In this document: positions 58,593-64,000 of the stretch, piece after piece | How the letters are laid out: every line of letters starts with the position of its first letter | Position numbering within the stretch: the stretch's first letter is position 1 | Source: Mycobacterium sp. | Lineage (GTDB): Bacteria; Actinomycetota; Actinomycetes; Mycobacteriales; Mycobacteriaceae | Assembly: GCA_040509115.1 (NCBI GenBank) | Contig: JBEVLO010000095.1 | Direction: 5' to 3' (one strand) | DNA: 64,000 bases | Program-made: the position numbers and the translations under genes | The notes under the pieces: generated by a model | Database searches by the model: none | What the model was told of the DNA's origin: nothing | The model's input: the letters and a program-made list of their open reading frames with translations, nothing else

Positions 58593-60226
58593 CCAGAAAC
58601 GGCGGCGACGTCGTTGTCGAAACCCTGGCTGCACTGGGTGTTTCGCATGTCTTCGGCATACCCGGCCAACACGCGCTCGGGCTGTTCGACGCGATCCGGC
58701 GCAGCGATCTCACCTTCGTAAGTTCGCGCGTGGAGAACAACTCGGCGTTTGGTGCCGACGGATATGCCAGGGCGACAGGCGAAGTCGGCGTGTTGTTCCT
58801 ATCCACCGGGCCGGGAGCATTGACGGCCCTCGGTGCCCTTCAGGAGGCGTACGCGACGGGGGTGCCGCTATTGGTCATCACCAGTCAGGTGCCGCGCGAC
58901 GGTCTCGGCCTGCGGCGCGGCATGCTGCATCAGCTCGACGACCAGCAGCGCAGCGCCATCAACGTCACCAAGAGCACGGCGGTCGTGCATCGCGCTGCCG
59001 AGATCCCCACCCTGCTTGCCGACGCGTGGGCACTCGCTCAATCGGCACCTGCCGGACCGACGTGGGTGGAGATTCCGCAGGACGTGCTGCTGGAGTCGGC
59101 GGAGGGGGCGAGCGAAGCGACGCGGAACGGTTGGGTGCCACCGGTGACGTCGGTGGTCGCGCCGGTCGCGGAGCGTCCCGCACGCGCTGAACTGGTCGAC
59201 GCGGCAGCCGAATTTCTCAGCGCCGCCGAGCGGCCCGTGATTCTGGCCGGAGGCGGTGTCCGCCGGTCGGCCGGCGGTCCCGAGGCCCTGGTCGCGCTCG
59301 CCGAACTGCTTGACGCCCCGGTGGTCTCGACTGTCGGGGGCAAGGGCGCGATCCGGTTCGACCACCCGCTGTCGGCCGCGTCGTGGATCGAGGATCGCCA
59401 CACCACGGCGCTCCTGGAGGACGCGGACGTCCTCCTGGCGGTCGGCACCGCGATGGGAGAGGTGACGAGCAACTACTTCACGTTCGCGCCGAAGGGCCAG
59501 CTCATCCACGTCGACGCGGAGCCGCGGGTGCTCGAAGCCAACCACCCCGGTCTCGGCATTCACGCCGACGCCGGGCAGGCGCTGCGCGCGATCGCCGCGA
59601 AGGTGACGCGCCGTGACGGCACCGACGGCCCTGGTGTTGCTCGCCGATTGCGGAAGGCCGTCGAGGACCGACTGGCGGGCCAGGACGTCGCGACGGAGCT
59701 GACCCTGATGCGCGACCTGCGCGAAGCAATTCCCTCTGCGACCCAGACGTTCTGGGACATGACGATCGCCGCATACTGGGCATGGTCGGCATGGGACTCC
59801 CGCGACGGCGCGTTCCACTCCGCGCAGGGGTCGGGTGGGCTGGGTTTCGCATACCCGGCCGCCGTTGCTGCCGCGATCGGTTCTGGCGAGCGCACTTTCG
59901 CGGTGTCCGGAGATGGCGGCGCGATGTACTCGATCGCCGAACTCGCCACCGCGCGTCAGCACGACGCCGACGTCACGTGGCTGATCGTCGACGACGGCGG
60001 CTACGGCATTCTGCGCGAGTACATGACCGATGCGTTCGGCCGGGCCACGGCCACCGAGCTTACCCGGCCCGACTTCGTAGCACTGGCAGCCAGTTTCGGC
60101 GTCCCCGCCCACCTGGCGACGCTCGACAATGTCGGAGAGATCGTCGCCGACACGTTCCGCACCGCAGGGCCGGCCGTCGTGGTCCTGCCCGCGTTGCTGA
60201 AGATGTTCGCTCCCACCCACCTCTAG
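58589..60226 (+). CDS. Thiamine-diphosphate-dependent enzyme (ALS-like decarboxylase)
   Basis: 'VFGIPGQH', 'GPG', 'GDGG...DDGGYG' ThDP motif. Confidence 0.9.
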   Translation: MTRNGGDVVVETLAALGVSHVFGIPGQHALGLFDAIRRSDLTFVSSRVENNSAFGADGYARATGEVGVLFLSTGPGALTALGALQEAYATGVPLLVITSQVPRDGLGLRRGMLHQLDDQQRSAINVTKSTAVVHRAAEIPTLLADAWALAQSAPAGPTWVEIPQDVLLESAEGASEATRNGWVPPVTSVVAPVAERPARAELVDAAAEFLSAAERPVILAGGGVRRSAGGPEALVALAELLDAPVVSTVGGKGAIRFDHPLSAASWIEDRHTTALLEDADVLLAVGTAMGEVTSNYFTFAPKGQLIHVDAEPRVLEANHPGLGIHADAGQALRAIAAKVTRRDGTDGPGVARRLRKAVEDRLAGQDVATELTLMRDLREAIPSATQTFWDMTIAAYWAWSAWDSRDGAFHSAQGSGGLGFAYPAAVAAAIGSGERTFAVSGDGGAMYSIAELATARQHDADVTWLIVDDGGYGILREYMTDAFGRATATELTRPDFVALAASFGVPAHLATLDNVGEIVADTFRTAGPAVVVLPALLKMFAPTHL

Positions 60227-60251
60227 TCAGACCCATCCTAGGAGGCCCACC

Positions 60252-61721
60252 ATGGGCAAGCCACTCGACATCGTCATCATCGTCGTCTATCTCGCGGCGA
60301 TGCTCGCGTTCGGATTCTGGGGCAAGACCAGAACCAAGGACTCGGCGGACTTTCTCGTAGCGGGACGGAGACTCGGCCCGGCGCTGTACACCGGCACGAT
60401 GGCAGCCGTCGTGCTCGGCGGTGCGTCGACCGTCGGCGGTGTCGGTCTCGGCTACAAGTACGGCATCTCGGGGATGTGGCTGGTGGTGGCGATCGCCATC
60501 GGCCTGCTGGCGCTGAGCCTGTTCTTCGCCGGACGCATCCAGCGGTTGAAGGTGTACACCGTGGCGCAGATGCTGAAGCTGCGCTATGGCGTCGACGCCA
60601 CGTCGGCATCCGGGATCGTCATGGCGGCATACACGTTGATGCTGTCGGTGACGTCGACCATCGCCTACGCGACCGTCTTCAACGTGCTGTTCGGCACCAA
60701 CCGCACGGTGTCGGTGATCATCGGCGGCGCGATCGTGATGCTGTACTCGTCGATCGGTGGCATGTGGTCGATCACGCTGACCGACATGGTCCAGTTCATC
60801 TTGAAGACGGTCGGCATCTTCTTCCTGTTGTTGCCGTTCACGTGGAATCGGGCGGGCGGATTCGACGGCATCCGGGAGCGCGCGGGCGACGCGGTGTTCG
60901 ATCTCGGTGGCATCGGGACGTCGACGATCATCACGTTCTTCGTGGTCTACAGCTTCGGAATGCTGATCGGACAGGACATCTGGCAGCGTGTGTTCACCGC
61001 ACGGTCGCCGGGTGTGGCGAAGTGGGGTGGCACGACGGCCGCGGTGTACTGCGTGCTGTACGGCGTGGCGGGTGCGGTGATCGGGATGGCGGCGTCGACG
61101 TTCCTGCCCGAGGTCGAGGCGTCCGACGACGTCTACGCGCAGATCGCCGAGACGATCCTGCCCGTCGGCATCAGCGGTATCGTGCTGGCGGCCGCGGTGG
61201 CGGCGATGATGTCGACCGCGTCGGGCGCGCTGATCGCGACCGCGACGGTGGCGAAGACCGACGTGAAGCCGTTGCTGCTGAGGCTGATTGGACGGTCTGC
61301 TACCGCGGAGAAGCAGACCGCCGAGCGTGACGTGCACTCCGATCGGATCTACGTCGTGGTCCTCGGGGTGGTGGTCATCATCATTGCGGCACTGCTCAAC
61401 GATGTGGTGGCCGCGCTGACGATCGCCTATGACATCCTGGTCGGCGGCCTGCTGGTGGCGATCCTCGGTGGCTTCGTCTGGAAGCGCGCGACCGGCCTCG
61501 GTGCGCTGTGGTCGATGGCGGTGGGCACCGTGGTCACGCTTGGGACGATGGTCGTCGTCGGCGACGTGCTCGCCAACGAGCCGATCTATTACGGGCTCGG
61601 CGCCAGCCTTGTCGTCTACGTGGTCGTCAGCCTGCTGACGCCGCGGACGTCGCCAGAGGTGCTGCAGGTGTGGGAGGGACGGTTGGCGGGCAAGGAGGAG
61701 GCGGGGGTCAGCGCCGGGTAA
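60252..61721 (+). CDS. Sodium:solute symporter (SSS) family
   Basis: 'DFLVAGRRLG', 'GGASTVGG', 'SITLTDMVQF', 'AAMMST'. Confidence 0.9.
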   Translation: MGKPLDIVIIVVYLAAMLAFGFWGKTRTKDSADFLVAGRRLGPALYTGTMAAVVLGGASTVGGVGLGYKYGISGMWLVVAIAIGLLALSLFFAGRIQRLKVYTVAQMLKLRYGVDATSASGIVMAAYTLMLSVTSTIAYATVFNVLFGTNRTVSVIIGGAIVMLYSSIGGMWSITLTDMVQFILKTVGIFFLLLPFTWNRAGGFDGIRERAGDAVFDLGGIGTSTIITFFVVYSFGMLIGQDIWQRVFTARSPGVAKWGGTTAAVYCVLYGVAGAVIGMAASTFLPEVEASDDVYAQIAETILPVGISGIVLAAAVAAMMSTASGALIATATVAKTDVKPLLLRLIGRSATAEKQTAERDVHSDRIYVVVLGVVVIIIAALLNDVVAALTIAYDILVGGLLVAILGGFVWKRATGLGALWSMAVGTVVTLGTMVVVGDVLANEPIYYGLGASLVVYVVVSLLTPRTSPEVLQVWEGRLAGKEEAGVSAG

Positions 61722-61817
61722 CGCACGGACGACGCACCATGAATTCTCCTCTCGGGGCGTTGAATACGACCATCGCGGCGGACCAACTGCATCTGTCACG
61801 GCTGCCGATCGAACGCT

Positions 61818-62399
61818 TCACATCGACAAGCGGTCCGCGGTCCTTCGTCGACGTTTCCGCGATTGCCAGAACGCGATCACGCCGCCAAGTGCGAGACCTG
61901 CGACGGCAGCGGTGAGTACCGATGTCTTCGTGTCCGCTCCCGCAGGAGCAGCCGGTTGGGGCGCTGCTGGTGCGGTGCTGGTTGCGGCGGGCGACGAGGG
62001 CGAGGGCGCGGAAGGCTCATCGAGAACGCCGGCGATGGTGAAACCGAAGGAGCCGGTCACGGGGTGGCCGTCCGCTGAAACCACTCGGTAGCCGACGGTG
62101 TACTCGCCGTTGCCGGGACGGTCTGCCGCGACGCTGGCGGTGAGGCGCGATCCTTCCACGCGCGGTGAGCCGGAGACCCAGTTCCGACCGTCAGCGCTGC
62201 TGACGACGATGTGGGCGAACGACGGGTTGATGTCCTCGGTGAAGGTCAACACGATGGCGTCCGGCGACCCCGTCACGGTCGCATCCTTGGCTGGGTCGGA
62301 GCTGGCGAGGCCCGTGTGCGCCGTGGCGATCCCACCGCCGGAAGACCAGAGGATCAGCGCTCCCAGACAGATCATGGCAGTGCGTAGGTTTGTGTTCAC
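61818..62399 (-). CDS. copC: CopC-family copper-binding protein with C-terminal membrane anchor
   Basis: Signal peptide, then 'AHTGLASSDP', 'LTFTE', 'YRVVSADGH', a Pro/Ala linker and a TM helix. Confidence 0.85.
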   Translation of the reverse strand: MNTNLRTAMICLGALILWSSGGGIATAHTGLASSDPAKDATVTGSPDAIVLTFTEDINPSFAHIVVSSADGRNWVSGSPRVEGSRLTASVAADRPGNGEYTVGYRVVSADGHPVTGSFGFTIAGVLDEPSAPSPSSPAATSTAPAAPQPAAPAGADTKTSVLTAAVAGLALGGVIAFWQSRKRRRRTADRLSM

Positions 62400-62664
62400 G
62401 ATCCTCTTTTCGGTTCGCGCCCACGTGGCACTTCGCGGCGCACACCCGAGTGTATGTTTTCGGACAGCCGCGTGTGGGGGAGGCCGTCCCTCGAACTCAC
62501 TCGTCACGATCGTCTACTAAGTCACTACATACTAAGGCATTCAGTAGGTAGGAATACGCCGGATCGCCTCCGCAAGGGTGCTTTTGGCCCGTGGGGGGCG
62601 GGCTCGGGAGGGTCGTGCGGTCGCGCAATGCCACCGCAGGCGTGGACATCGAGGACCGTTACTC

Positions 62665-62680
62665 GTAATCTTTCCGTGAC
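62665..62680. promoter_or_regulatory. Possible MtrA/OmpR-type tandem site GTAAT-N6-GTGAC
   Basis: Direct half-sites 11 bp apart upstream of a cell-wall hydrolase. Confidence 0.3.
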
Positions 62681-62713
62681 CTACGTACCTAGACCATAGA
62701 TGTCCCTGCCGCT

Positions 62714-63829
62714 GTGAGGATCTGTGCTTTGAGAATGGAACGTCGTGCCGCGGTGGGTCGATCGGCTATCGGCCTCTTGTCGGCAATCGTCGTCGTCGTG
62801 ACGCTTGGCGACTCGGCAGGCATTGGCCGGGCTGACCCAGCATCGGACGCGCTGGCCCGCATGACGGAGCTGTCACGCGAAGCCGAGCAAACGACCGAGG
62901 CCATCTACTCCGCTGAACTCGATTTGGAAGCCAAGTTGGCACAACAGCGCGGTGCCGAGGATCGCCAGCGCATGGCGTCCGCGACGTCGATCGCCGCCCA
63001 AGCCGATCTGGCGAAGTACCAGGGCGCGGTGAACGAGGTGGCGGCCGCGTCCTACATGGGCGGGTCGACCAGCGGCATCAGCGCCGCGTTGAATGCCGAG
63101 TCCCCCCAGCGACTGCTGGAGGAACTGTCGCTGAACCAGCTCATGGCCACCCAGATGTCAGACCGCATGGCGGGGTTCCGTGCCGCGTCGACCCGCGCCG
63201 CCACCGCCGCTCGCGCAGCGGAGTCGTCGGCGCTGGCTGCACGGACGGCCACGGAGCAGGCGTCTGGCGTCCGCGCAGGCCTGCAATCGAAACAGAGTCG
63301 ACTGCGCCTCCAGATCGCCGACGTGGAGGCGCTATATCGGACATTGACGCCGGATCAGCGTGCGGCACTGGCAGATCCGGGCCCGGTGTCACCCGAGCAG
63401 CCAGGGCCACCGGCGGGCGACACCGCCATCGTGGCGATGCCCGAGCCGCCGCGGCCGGAAGCGGTCGCGGCGCCGCCAGGTTCGCCGGACGGCGCGGCAG
63501 TCGTGCAAGCGGCAATGACCCGGGTGGGCGCGCCGTATTCGTGGGGTGCGACGGGTCCGGATGCCTTCGACTGCTCAGGCCTCATCAAATGGTCGTTCTT
63601 GCAGAGCGGTAAGTCGCTTCCGCGGTCGAGTCAAGCCTTGGCGGCAGGCGGGCAACCCGTCGCGATGCCCGACCTGCAGCCTGGCGACGTCGTCACCTTC
63701 TACTCCGACGCCTCGCACGCCGGCATCTACATCGGCGACGGGAACATGGTGCACGCCTCGACGTACGGCACTCCGGTGAAGGTGGCGCCGATCTCGTCGG
63801 CTCCGATCTACAACGCCCGGCGCTACTAA
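62714..63829 (+). CDS. Secreted NlpC/P60 peptidoglycan endopeptidase (RipC-like)
   Basis: Coiled-coil N-terminus; '[19 protein letters not shown]', '[13 protein letters not shown]'; start uncertain. Confidence 0.9.
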   Translation: MRICALRMERRAAVGRSAIGLLSAIVVVVTLGDSAGIGRADPASDALARMTELSREAEQTTEAIYSAELDLEAKLAQQRGAEDRQRMASATSIAAQADLAKYQGAVNEVAAASYMGGSTSGISAALNAESPQRLLEELSLNQLMATQMSDRMAGFRAASTRAATAARAAESSALAARTATEQASGVRAGLQSKQSRLRLQIADVEALYRTLTPDQRAALADPGPVSPEQPGPPAGDTAIVAMPEPPRPEAVAAPPGSPDGAAVVQAAMTRVGAPYSWGATGPDAFDCSGLIKWSFLQSGKSLPRSSQALAAGGQPVAMPDLQPGDVVTFYSDASHAGIYIGDGNMVHASTYGTPVKVAPISSAPIYNARRY

Positions 63830-64000
63830 CCGGTGGTTACGGCGTTGCCCGCCTTCCACTGATCCCAGGGGATGTTCCAGTCGCCGAGACCATCGGTGCC
63901 CGACAGCGTGGGGCCCACGGTGTTGAGGACCTCGACGATGTCGCCACGTTTGGTGTTGTCGTAGAACCACTTCCCGTTCTCAGTGCTGGCGTTGAGGCAG
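63826..64000 (-). CDS. L,D-transpeptidase, 3' end only
   Basis: Reverse strand reads [52 protein letters not shown], with the catalytic Cys of the SHGCLN motif at the window edge. Confidence 0.85.
   Translation of the reverse strand, partial: CLNASTENGKWFYDNTKRGDIVEVLNTVGPTLSGTDGLGDWNIPWDQWKAGNAVTTG

Noticed and set aside
61740-61915. Small plus-strand ORF after the SSS gene (MNSPLGALN...)
   Set aside because: Mostly antisense to the copC 3' end; no motif or clear RBS.
62460-62710. c-di-AMP (ydaO) riboswitch upstream of the NlpC/P60 gene
   Set aside because: The conserved ydaO sequence blocks could not be found by eye; an Infernal/Rfam scan would settle it.

Overview
High-GC actinobacterial chromosome, by gene content and order a rapid-growing Mycobacterium/Mycolicibacterium. 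From memory of that genome, it is syntenic with M. tuberculosis Rv0162c-Rv0187. Left to right: (1) a sugar (probably L-arabinose/xylose) ABC and LacI locus with three LacI-type operators; (2) acyl-CoA dehydrogenase, alcohol dehydrogenase and thioesterase; (3) a complete mce1 lipid-import locus (mce1R, fadD5, yrbE1AB, mce1A-F, four mam genes) followed by a decayed SDR remnant; (4) lprO, pirin, MarR and SDR genes; (5) a DUF559/AbiEi-like nuclease gene bracketed by two 57-bp palindromic direct repeats; (6) sigG, an Rv0183-type lipase and DUF2786. (7) A roughly 14-kb island (about 39.63-53.65 kb) splits a decayed Rv0185-type HEXXH metallohydrolase gene just before its HEXXH motif. The island carries an orphan catabolic cluster (SDR, two DUF6282-like amidohydrolases, CMD-like protein, MFS, cyclase, HpcH aldolase, cupin, Baeyer-Villiger monooxygenase, lactonase, esterase, ATPase-LuxR regulator) plus its own divergent intact copy of the gene it disrupted. 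The right end holds (8) an O-methyltransferase, a double Lrp regulator, an NCS1-ureohydrolase-ThDP enzyme-SSS operon, copC, an NlpC/P60 hydrolase and the 3' end of an L,D-transpeptidase. No rRNA, tRNA, CRISPR array, integrase or transposase was recognised. All homology calls are from motif recognition and recall, not database searches.
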